Below, in pieces: positions 19,051 through 26,885 of a stretch of DNA of 34,063 bases (its first letter is position 1; each line of letters opens with the position of its first letter). Source of the DNA: Armatimonadota bacterium. GTDB taxonomy: Bacteria > Sysuimicrobiota > Sysuimicrobiia > Sysuimicrobiales > Humicultoraceae. The stretch covers positions 1 through 34,063 of the forward strand of contig JBBIOM010000021.1 of the NCBI GenBank assembly GCA_037443365.1, written 5' to 3'. The notes beneath the pieces were generated by a model. The model ran no database searches. It saw only the letters and a program-made list of their open reading frames with translations, and was not told the DNA's origin. The position numbers and the translations under genes are program-made.

Positions 19051-19467
19051 ATGGGCACCTTTGAGGTCATAGAACACACGGCCGATATCGGCATCGTCGC
19101 GCGTGGCGCCAGCCTGGCCGAGGTGTTTGAGGCCGCGGCCGAGGGCATGCTCTCGCTCATCATCGATCCCGCCACCGTCCAGAATCGAGCGTGGCTCGAG
19201 CGGCGCGTGGAAGCCGACGATCACGAGGGGCTGCTGGTGGCCTGGCTCAACGACCTGCTGGCGGTGCTTGCCGTCGAGTCCTTCGTGCCAGGCGTCTTCG
19301 TGGTTGACCAGATCTGCCCAGGGCGTCTGCGCGCAACCGTCCACGGCGAGCCGTACGACCCTGATCGCCACCGATTGCTGCGCGATGTGAAGGCGGCGAC
19401 CTATCACATGATCGAGGTGCGGCAGGACGACCTGGGCTGGTCGGCGCGCGTGATATTCGATGTCTAG
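19051..19467 (+). CDS. Archease
   Basis: N-terminal EHTADIG, LLVAWLNDL and C-terminal VKAATYH...IFDV. Confidence 0.93.
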   Translation: MGTFEVIEHTADIGIVARGASLAEVFEAAAEGMLSLIIDPATVQNRAWLERRVEADDHEGLLVAWLNDLLAVLAVESFVPGVFVVDQICPGRLRATVHGEPYDPDRHRLLRDVKAATYHMIEVRQDDLGWSARVIFDV

Positions 19468-21040
19468 GCTGGCCCGGGTGCTTCTGACCGCCGCCTTCCT
19501 GCTGGGGTGTGCGGCACTGCGGCCGCTCGCGGCAGGCCCGACGGCCACCGGGCCTGCCGCGGAACAGCCCGTCCGCGGTGGTGTGCTGCGGATAGCCCAC
19601 ACCGGCGAGCCTCCCACCCTGGACCTGCACTGGACCACCGGCGGGCCGACGCAGGATGTGGCCATCCACATCTTCGAGGGGCTGTTTGCCCTCTCGGGCC
19701 GCTACGAGGCGCGAGCGCTGCTCGTCGAGCGCTGGAGCGTAACCCCGGACCGCCGCACGTACACCTTTGTGCTGCGCCGTGGCGTGCTGTTCCACCACGG
19801 CCGCGAGATGAACTCCGGCGACGTCGTCGCCTCGCTGCAGAGGTGGGGACAGGTCGCGGCGCGCGGGCGCGAGCTGTTTCGCGACATCGAGAGCCTCGCT
19901 AGCCCCGAGCCCTTCACAGTGACGATGCGCCTGCGCGAATCCAACGGGCTCGTGCCCCTGGCGCTCGCGATCCCGAGCCAGGGCGCCGTGATCTACCCCC
20001 GCGAGGTGATCGAGGAGGCCGCGGGGGGGATTGTGCGCCGCCTCATCGGCACCGGACCCTACCGGTTCGTCGAGCACCTTCCGGACGTGCACATCCGGCT
20101 CGATCGGTTCGAGCGGTACCGATCGCGCGACGAGCCGCCCGACGGGCTGGCCGGGCGGCGCGAAGCGTATCTCGACGCGCTGGTCTTCCTGCCCGTGCCC
20201 GACGCCTCGGTGCGGATCGCCGGCGTGCTGCGGGGCGATTACCACTTCGCCCACTCGATCCCCCACGACGAGTATCCGCGGCTCCAGGGTGTGCGCGGCG
20301 TCACGCCGCACCCCATCACCACCCCGGCGTGGGCTGGGTTTGCCTTCAACCACCGCACAGGACTTATGACCGACCGGACGCTGCGCCGGGCCGTCGTCGC
20401 GGCGATTGACGAGGAGGCGGTCCTGCGCGGCACGTACGGGCCCCCGCGGTTCTGGCGGGCGACGCCGTCGTTCTTCCCGCGCGAGCACCCTCTCTGGACC
20501 GAGGCCGGTGCACCGATCTACCGGCAGCGCGACCCGGCCGCCGCTCGTCGAATGCTGACCGAGGCCGGCTACCGCGGCCAACCGCTGCGCTGGATGGTCA
20601 GCAGCGAGATGCCCCACCACATGACGGCGGCCACGATCGCGAGGTCACAGCTCGAGCAGGCCGGCTTCGCGATCGAACTGCAGGTGATGGACTGGGCTAC
20701 GCTGGTGTCCCGCCGCGCGCGCCCCGAGGGCTGGGACGCCTTCGCGACCACGTTCGCGTTCGTGCCCGATCCGGTCTTCCTGCTCCCGCTCCAGCCGTCG
20801 TGGCCGGGCTGGTACCAGGACCGCGAGATGGCGGCGCACCTGCGGCTGCTGGTGCGCCATACCAGCCCGGCGGTGCGCTCTGCGATATGGTCGCGCGCGC
20901 AGCAGCGGTTCTACGACGATGCGGTCGCCCTGCGCCTGGGCGACTGGTTCCCCCTTCTGCTTCACCGCGCCGAACTGCGCGGCGTGGCCGGCGGCCCCGG
21001 GACCTTCCACTGGAACGAGTGGTTCAGCCGAAGCCCGTAG
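19460..21040 (+). CDS. Orphan ABC substrate-binding protein, family 5
   Basis: Signal peptide. Motifs EPPTLD, LRRGVLFHHG, DVVASLQRW and IGTGPYRF. Overlaps the archease stop by 8 bp. Confidence 0.92.
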   Translation: MSRLARVLLTAAFLLGCAALRPLAAGPTATGPAAEQPVRGGVLRIAHTGEPPTLDLHWTTGGPTQDVAIHIFEGLFALSGRYEARALLVERWSVTPDRRTYTFVLRRGVLFHHGREMNSGDVVASLQRWGQVAARGRELFRDIESLASPEPFTVTMRLRESNGLVPLALAIPSQGAVIYPREVIEEAAGGIVRRLIGTGPYRFVEHLPDVHIRLDRFERYRSRDEPPDGLAGRREAYLDALVFLPVPDASVRIAGVLRGDYHFAHSIPHDEYPRLQGVRGVTPHPITTPAWAGFAFNHRTGLMTDRTLRRAVVAAIDEEAVLRGTYGPPRFWRATPSFFPREHPLWTEAGAPIYRQRDPAAARRMLTEAGYRGQPLRWMVSSEMPHHMTAATIARSQLEQAGFAIELQVMDWATLVSRRARPEGWDAFATTFAFVPDPVFLLPLQPSWPGWYQDREMAAHLRLLVRHTSPAVRSAIWSRAQQRFYDDAVALRLGDWFPLLLHRAELRGVAGGPGTFHWNEWFSRSP

Positions 21041-21074
21041 GGCGGGCCCCTGCTGTGCGCGTTCCGGTCGGGTG

Positions 21075-21100
21075 GGAATGACCGTGCCGGCGGCATCGTT
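21075..21100 (+). promoter_or_regulatory. ECF sigma promoter GGAAT-N18-GTT
   Basis: GGAAT at 21075-21079 and GTT at 21098-21100, about 50 bp upstream of DUF2892. Confidence 0.55.
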
Positions 21101-21151
21101 TGCCGGTTAGGTTGACGTGCAGCAGCACGATTGAAGGGGGTTGAACGCAAG

Positions 21152-21355
21152 ATGAAACCAAACATGGGAACCACCGACAGGATCATCCGCATCGCGGTGG
21201 CGATTTTGATCGGCGCACTGTACTTCGCCGGCAAGATCAGCGGCACGCTCGCAATCGTGTTGGGAATAGTCGCCGTCGTCTTCCTGCTGACGAGCTTGGT
21301 CGGCACGTGCCCGCTCTACATGCCTTTCGGAATCTCGACCAGGAAGCAAGGATAG
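21152..21355 (+). CDS. DUF2892 (YgaP-like) small membrane protein
   Basis: NMGTTDRIIR, two TM helices and CPLYMPFGIST. Start refined to ATG 21152. Confidence 0.9.
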   Translation: MKPNMGTTDRIIRIAVAILIGALYFAGKISGTLAIVLGIVAVVFLLTSLVGTCPLYMPFGISTRKQG

Positions 21356-21379
21356 TCCACAGCCAAGAGGAGGCAGACC

Positions 21380-22642
21380 ATGGACAAGGCAGCTCCGCGC
21401 ATACTGGTCGCGGGCGGGGGTTTCGCAGGGCTGGAGTCGGCCTTCTACCTGAAGATGCGCCTGGCCGAGCGGGCGAAGATCACCCTCATCTCCGACCAAG
21501 AGAAGTTCCTCTTCAAGCCGAACACGATCTACATTCCGTTTGGCCTCGACCCCGAGACCCTGAAGATCCCGCTTGCCCGGCCGGCGCACCGCAAGGGAAT
21601 CACCTTCGTCAAGGGCGCGGTGGGCGGGGTGGACCCCGAGGCCAGGACCGTTGCGGTTGACGGCCAGGAACACCCTTACGACTTCCTGGTGGTGGCCACC
21701 GGCGCCAGCATGCGCCCCGACGAGATCCCGGGCCTGCGCGAGTACGCGCAGACCGTCTGGACGGTCGATGAGATGCTCCGGCTGCGGGGGGCGCTCGACG
21801 CCCTTCTCGAAGACGCCAGGCAGGGGAGGCGCAGGCAGGTCCTGTTCCTCGTTCCCCCCAACAACAAGTGCTCGGGACCTCTCTACGAGATGGTCTTCAT
21901 GCTCGACACCTGGCTGCGGCGCAAGGGGGCGCGCAGCGCGGTGGAGATCGCCTGGTCAACCCACGAGGCCGGGTACATTCAGGTGTTTGGTCCGCGCCTG
22001 CACGAAGAGGTGACGGGCGAGTTCGCCCGCCGCGGTATCACCGGCCACACCCAGTACGTGGTCGAGCGAGTGGAGCAGGGCGAGGTCGCGTACAGGAACG
22101 GCCGGCGCCTTCCGTACGATCTCCTGATATCGTTCCCACCATATGTCGCCGCGACGCCCTTCCCCGGTCTGCCAGGTGACGAACGGGGATTCCTCAAGAC
22201 AGACCTGGGCACGCGCCAGGTTGCGGGATACCCCAACGTATATGCCGCCGGAGATGCGGGGGATTTCCCGGTCAAGCAGGCCTTCCTTGCCTTCCTCCAG
22301 GCCGACGCGGCCGCGGAGCATCTGGCATCGCAGGTCTTGGGGACCACACCGGCATTCGAGTTCAGGCCGGTGAGCATGTGCGTGATGGAGCAGTTCGACA
22401 AGGCCACCTTCGCGCAGGTGCCGCTGCGCCTGACCGGGGATCCGCAGCGGCCGGTCGAGGTGCAGCCGGACGCGAAGGCGCTCTACCGGGTCGGATCGTC
22501 GGTCCCGTGGCGGCTCGGGAAGAAGCTGCTTGGGCTCTACCTACCGTGGCGGTTTGGCGCGGGTGAGCCGTTTCACGCGGGCGCGCCGTGGAAGGCCATG
22601 GAGGTGGGCCTGAAGATCATGTCGCGCGTGCTGGCCTCGTAG
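21380..22642 (+). CDS. Sulfide:quinone oxidoreductase-like FAD-dependent oxidoreductase
   Basis: GGGFAG, YDFLVVATG, KCSGPLYE (first Cys), YAAGD, SMCVME (second Cys) and an amphipathic C-terminus. Confidence 0.8.
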   Translation: MDKAAPRILVAGGGFAGLESAFYLKMRLAERAKITLISDQEKFLFKPNTIYIPFGLDPETLKIPLARPAHRKGITFVKGAVGGVDPEARTVAVDGQEHPYDFLVVATGASMRPDEIPGLREYAQTVWTVDEMLRLRGALDALLEDARQGRRRQVLFLVPPNNKCSGPLYEMVFMLDTWLRRKGARSAVEIAWSTHEAGYIQVFGPRLHEEVTGEFARRGITGHTQYVVERVEQGEVAYRNGRRLPYDLLISFPPYVAATPFPGLPGDERGFLKTDLGTRQVAGYPNVYAAGDAGDFPVKQAFLAFLQADAAAEHLASQVLGTTPAFEFRPVSMCVMEQFDKATFAQVPLRLTGDPQRPVEVQPDAKALYRVGSSVPWRLGKKLLGLYLPWRFGAGEPFHAGAPWKAMEVGLKIMSRVLAS

Positions 22643-22649
22643 GTTCCAT

Positions 22650-22704
22650 CTTCGCACGGGCTTCACACAGTCTTCACGCTCGCCTAACACGTGGGTTCTA
22701 CCAT
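22650..22704 (+). promoter_or_regulatory. Four 11-bp-phased direct repeats (OmpR/PhoB-type box) plus -10 TACCAT
   Basis: CTTCGCA (22650), CTTCACA (22661), CTTCACG (22672), CCTAACA (22683), then TACCAT at 22699-22704. Confidence 0.65.
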
Positions 22705-22705
22705 G

Positions 22706-22739
22706 ATCGTGGGCGCCCGATGAACAGGGCGCCCACGAT
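22706..22739. repeat. Perfect 13-bp inverted repeat
   Basis: ATCGTGGGCGCCC-gatgaaca-GGGCGCCCACGAT. Confidence 0.75.
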
Positions 22740-22774
22740 GGCTCGGGGAGACCCGTGGAAGGGAGGACTATCCG

Positions 22775-23263
22775 ATGCGTTCGTTCGGCAACACCAGGGT
22801 CAAGGTGACAGCAGGGATCATCGTCTGCGCGGCGGTGCTGGCAGGCACAGCCGCGGCCGTTTCGGCTTCCACCGCTCTCCTTGGTCCGGCGTCCAGTGGG
22901 GCCATCACCGAGGCGATGACCGCCGAGTACAAGGCCATGGCCCTGTACAAGGCGACCGCGAGCAAGTTCAAGGGGGTCCTTCCCTATACGCACTGGGCGA
23001 AGTCCGATCGCGACGACGACCTGGAGGGCATATTCTCCAAGTACGGCGTTGCCGTGCCGGCCGATGCCTTCGCGGGCAAGGTGCCGGCGCCGGCGTCGCT
23101 CGCAGAGGCGTGCAGGGCAGCGAAGCAGACCGAGACCGGTCTGATCGGCATGTACGACCGCCTGCTCAAGGCGGTCAAGGAGGCCGACATCATCGCCGCC
23201 TTCACGGAGATGCGCGACCAATCGGAGTGCCGGATCAAGACGCACCTGAGCAAGTGCAATTGA
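22775..23263 (+). CDS. Secreted ferritin-like (DUF2202-like) protein
   Basis: Signal peptide. EYKA.A.Y...KF, KYGV.VP, SLAEAC and MYDRLL resemble DUF2202 four-helix proteins. GGAGGA RBS. Confidence 0.7.
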   Translation: MRSFGNTRVKVTAGIIVCAAVLAGTAAAVSASTALLGPASSGAITEAMTAEYKAMALYKATASKFKGVLPYTHWAKSDRDDDLEGIFSKYGVAVPADAFAGKVPAPASLAEACRAAKQTETGLIGMYDRLLKAVKEADIIAAFTEMRDQSECRIKTHLSKCN

Positions 23264-23271
23264 GGCCGGCC

Positions 23272-23300
23272 TTGTTCGAGGAGGGGCCTGATGCTACCAT
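23272..23300 (+). promoter_or_regulatory. Sigma70-type promoter of the Ser T-box leader
   Basis: TTGTTC-17bp-TACCAT with an extended TG. Confidence 0.65.
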
Positions 23301-23319
23301 TAGGCAGGTACGCTCCATA

Positions 23320-23580
23320 GGGCGATGACGGAGACCAGTAGACGCGGGTCCGCCCGACCAAGAGAGCCGGCGGACGGTGCGAGCCGGTCGGGGCCGCGGT
23401 CGAATCCCCTCCGAAGCAGCGGGCGAACCCCGGTTGCCTGAAGTCGCACGACGGCATCCGGCCCAAGCCCCCGGGTGCGCCCGATACAGCGTCACGAGTG
23501 TCCGGGCGTTACGGCGCCCAGGAACCAGAGTGGCACCGCGGGAGCCCGCCCCGTCTCTGACGAGGCGGGCGTTTCGTTTC
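23320..23580 (+). ncRNA. T-box riboswitch, Ser specifier
   Basis: GCGATGA, AGTA (23337), AGAGAG (23361), GGTGCGA, specifier gaaTCC (23405-23407), T-box AACCAGAGTGGCACCGCG (23523-23540). Terminator GCCCGCCCCGTC-tct-GACGAGGCGGGC followed by GTTTCGTTTC. Confidence 0.93.
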
Positions 23581-23601
23581 GTGCCCACAAGGAGGCTGGC
23601 T

Positions 23602-24747
23602 GTGCGGCAGTACCTGCTCATCCCTGGTCCGACCCCGCTTCCAGACGAGGTACTGGCGGCCTCTGCGCAGCAGATGGTCGGGCACCGCACCCCAGAGTTC
23701 ACGCGACTGCTGGCCGAGACGCTGGAGGCGCTGCGGCGCGTCCTGCTGACGCGCAACACGATCCTGCCCTTCACCGCCTCGGGCACAGGTGGGCTGGAGG
23801 CGGCCATCGTCAATCTCTGCTCCCCGGGGGATTCGGTGGTGGCGGTGTGCGGCGGCGCGTTCGGCGAGCGGTTTGCCGACATAGCCGAGGCCTTCGGCGT
23901 GGCGGTCAGGCGTGTCGAGGTGCCCTGGGGACAGGCCGCCGACCCCGAGGCGGTGCGCAGTGCGCTGCGGGAGACCCCGGGCGCGCGCGCCGTCCTTGTC
24001 GTGCACAACGAGACCTCAACCGGCGTGCGCAACGACCTGGCCGCGATCGCATCGGTGGTGCGCGACTACCCGGCGCTGGTAGTCGCGGACGCGATCAGTT
24101 CCGCGGGCGCCCTCGAGTTACGAACCGATGACTGGGGGATCGATGTCGTGATAACGGCGTCCCAGAAGGCGCTCATGGCGCCGCCCGGGATGGCGATGAT
24201 CGGTGTTTCCGAGCGCGCCTGGGAAGCCGCCAGGGCCGCGCGGCTCCCAAGGTTCTACTGGGCCTTCGAGCGGATGCGCGCGGAACTGGGAGAGGCGGAG
24301 GCAGCCACGCCCTACACCCCGGCGATCGGCGTGGCCCGGGGGCTGCACGCCGGGTTGCGGATGGTGGAGGCCGAGGGGCTCGAGGCCCGGTGGGCGCGCC
24401 ACCGTCGAACCGCGATGGCCGTGCGGGCCGGTGTTCGGGCGCTGGGGCTGCGGGTGGTTCCGAGTGAGGAAGACGCCAGCGAGGCGGTCACCGCAGTGTG
24501 GGCCCCCGAGGGCGTTGATGTGGCGGCGCTGCTTACCCGATTGCGCACCCGCTACGGCGTCGTGCTGGCCGGCGGCCCAGGGCGCCTGAGAGGCAAGATC
24601 TTCCGGTTCGGGCATCTGGGATGGGTGTTGGACGAAGAGGTGCTGGCCGGGCTGCGCGCTCTAGAAGCGGCGCTGCCAGAGGTTGGCGGCGTCGCGTGCA
24701 CAGGTGCTGAGGCGGCCGCGGCCGCGATCCTGAGCGCGGAGGGATAG
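23602..24747 (+). CDS. Class V PLP aminotransferase (alanine-glyoxylate/serine-pyruvate family), probable phosphoserine aminotransferase
   Basis: Motifs LLIPGPT, GHR, SGTGGLEA, HNETSTG, DAISS and SQKAL (PLP Lys). Start refined to GTG 23602 behind AAGGAGG. Confidence 0.9.
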   Translation: MRQYLLIPGPTPLPDEVLAASAQQMVGHRTPEFTRLLAETLEALRRVLLTRNTILPFTASGTGGLEAAIVNLCSPGDSVVAVCGGAFGERFADIAEAFGVAVRRVEVPWGQAADPEAVRSALRETPGARAVLVVHNETSTGVRNDLAAIASVVRDYPALVVADAISSAGALELRTDDWGIDVVITASQKALMAPPGMAMIGVSERAWEAARAARLPRFYWAFERMRAELGEAEAATPYTPAIGVARGLHAGLRMVEAEGLEARWARHRRTAMAVRAGVRALGLRVVPSEEDASEAVTAVWAPEGVDVAALLTRLRTRYGVVLAGGPGRLRGKIFRFGHLGWVLDEEVLAGLRALEAALPEVGGVACTGAEAAAAAILSAEG

Positions 24748-24749
24748 GC

Positions 24750-26024
24750 ATGCTGGACCTGAGGCAGATCCGCGAGGACCCCGAGAGGTTCAGGTCCGGG
24801 CTGCGGAAGCGGGGGCGCGACCCCGGCCCGGTTGACGCGGCCCTTGAGATCGACCGGCGCCGCCGCGCCCTCCTGGCGGAGATCGAGAGGCTGCGCGCCG
24901 ACCAGAACCGCGCGTCCGCGGAGATCCCTGCCCTCAAAGGGAAGGACCGGGAGGCGCGCATCGCCGAGATGAAGGTCCTCGCGGCCCGGATCAAGGACCT
25001 GGAACCGCACCTGGCGAGCGCCGAATCCGAGCTCGACGGCCTGCTCCGCTCGCTTCCCAACCACCCCGATGAGACCGTGCCCGAGGGAACCGATTCATCG
25101 GCCAACGTCGTGGTTCGAACGTGGGGGACGCCACCCGCGTTTGACTTCACTCCCCGCGATCACGTGGAGCTAGGGACCGGTCTTGGGATCCTCGATTTCG
25201 AGCGCGGCGCCCGGGCTTCGGGATCGCGCTTCTACTACATGCGCGGCGACGGCGTCCTGCTGGAGACGGCGCTGGCGCGCATGGCCATGGACCTGTTGGT
25301 GGGCGAGGGCTTCACGCTGCTGGGGACACCCATGCTGGTGCGCAGCGGGGTGATCACCGGGGCGTGGGGCGGCGCGACGCTGGACACCCAGCAGACCTAC
25401 AAGGTAGAGGATGAGGACCTGGCGCTCATAGGAACCAGCGAGCAGCCGCTGGCGGCCTATCACATGGACGAGACGCTCGACGCCGCGGCACTGCCGCTGC
25501 GCTATGGCGGCGTGTCGTGGTGCTTCCGCCGCGAGGCCGGATCCCACGGGCGCGACGTGCGCGGCCTGTACAGGGTGCATCAGTTCTTCAAGATAGAGAT
25601 GTTCTCGTACGCGCATCCCGACAGGTCCCGCGAGGAGCACGAGTACCTGGTTGGGCTCGAGGAGCGCTTCGTGCAGGCGCTGGGCCTACCCCACCGCGTC
25701 GTGCTGCTGTGCGGAGGCGACCTCGGGCTGGGCATGGCGAAGACCTACGACATCGAGACCTGGATGCCGGGCCGCGGCGGATACAGCGAGACGCACTCAT
25801 GCAGCAACGCCGGGGCCTTCCAGGCCCGCCGGATGGGAACCAGGTTCCGCGAGGGCGCGCGCGGCGGAAGCGAGTACGTGCACACCCTGAACGGCACCCT
25901 GGCGGCTACGGGACGCGCCATCATAGCGATCCTTGAGAACGGTCAGCAGGCCGACGGAAGCGTGCGGCTCCCCGAGGTGCTGGCGCCCTACATGCGGTGG
26001 CAGACCGAGCTGCGCCCGGGCTGA
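24750..26024 (+). CDS. serS: Seryl-tRNA synthetase
   Basis: N-terminal coiled coil, IGTSEQ, motif 2 FRREAGSHGRDVRGLYRVHQF, YDIETW, SCSN and HTLNGT. Confidence 0.96.
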   Translation: MLDLRQIREDPERFRSGLRKRGRDPGPVDAALEIDRRRRALLAEIERLRADQNRASAEIPALKGKDREARIAEMKVLAARIKDLEPHLASAESELDGLLRSLPNHPDETVPEGTDSSANVVVRTWGTPPAFDFTPRDHVELGTGLGILDFERGARASGSRFYYMRGDGVLLETALARMAMDLLVGEGFTLLGTPMLVRSGVITGAWGGATLDTQQTYKVEDEDLALIGTSEQPLAAYHMDETLDAAALPLRYGGVSWCFRREAGSHGRDVRGLYRVHQFFKIEMFSYAHPDRSREEHEYLVGLEERFVQALGLPHRVVLLCGGDLGLGMAKTYDIETWMPGRGGYSETHSCSNAGAFQARRMGTRFREGARGGSEYVHTLNGTLAATGRAIIAILENGQQADGSVRLPEVLAPYMRWQTELRPG

Positions 26025-26036
26025 CACGCGCCGCGA

Positions 26037-26861
26037 GTGCCGGTGAAGGCGTCTCTCTACCTGACCGCGTCCGGATCGCGATTCTGGGCTGCCGCCTCGA
26101 AGTGCAGCCTCGCCGAGGGGATCGCTGTGGCGGCCGGATGCGGCTACGATGCCGTCGAGGTAATGCCGCGCGATGCCCGTGACCCCGACCCCGAGATGCT
26201 GCGCGCCCTGGCCGGGCGCCACGGCCTCTCCGTGGCAGGGCTCGCCACCGGCTATGTGGCCCTCGAGCAGGGGCTGACCTTCGCCGATCCGGACCCGGAA
26301 GTACGCCGGCAGGCTGTGCGCGCCGCCTGCCGGTGCCTCGACTCCGCCCTCGTCGCGGGGGCGGCATTCGTTTCCATTGGGATGATCCGGGGGAAGTTAC
26401 AGGTCGGGATCTCGCGCGACGAGGCCTGGGCGAACCTGGTGGATTGCGTTCGGGAGTGCGCCCTGCGCGCGGGCGAGATCGGCCTGACGCTTGCGGTCGA
26501 GCCGGGCAACCGCTACGAGACCGACCTCATCCACACGGCAGAGGAGGGACGCGCCCTGCTTCGCGCCGTGGACCTGCCCCCGGTGCGTCTCCAGCTGGAC
26601 ACGTTCCACATGAACATCGAGGAGGTCTCGCCATCAGACGCCATCAGGCGCGCGGCGCCGCTCTTGGCCCACATGCACTTCGCCGACAGCAACCGCCAGG
26701 CGCCCGGCTGGGGGCATGTCGACTTCCACCCGATAGTGCGCGCGTTGCGCGACGTGGGCTACGGCGGGGGCGTGGGCCTGGAGATGCTGCCGCGCCCGGA
26801 CCTCGAGACGGCAGCCCGGCAGGGGCTGCGGTTCGTTCGCCGGCTGTTCGGGGACGCCTAG
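26037..26861 (+). CDS. Sugar (phosphate) isomerase/epimerase, D-tagatose 3-epimerase/IolO-like TIM barrel
   Basis: Motifs EPGNRYE, LDTFHMNIEE, HMHFADSNR..PG.GH and GLE. Confidence 0.88.
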   Translation: MPVKASLYLTASGSRFWAAASKCSLAEGIAVAAGCGYDAVEVMPRDARDPDPEMLRALAGRHGLSVAGLATGYVALEQGLTFADPDPEVRRQAVRAACRCLDSALVAGAAFVSIGMIRGKLQVGISRDEAWANLVDCVRECALRAGEIGLTLAVEPGNRYETDLIHTAEEGRALLRAVDLPPVRLQLDTFHMNIEEVSPSDAIRRAAPLLAHMHFADSNRQAPGWGHVDFHPIVRALRDVGYGGGVGLEMLPRPDLETAARQGLRFVRRLFGDA

Positions 26862-26885
26862 CGCACCTCGAGGACGCGCGGGAGG

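Noticed and set aside
23255..23290. Possible Sec readthrough at the ferritin-like C-terminus (C-N-TGA)
   Set aside because: The stop falls where the family normally ends, the downstream sequence is the next promoter, and there is no convincing SECIS.
23377..23601. 75-aa N-terminal extension of the aminotransferase
   Set aside because: It overlaps the Ser T-box; the real start is GTG 23602 behind AAGGAGG.
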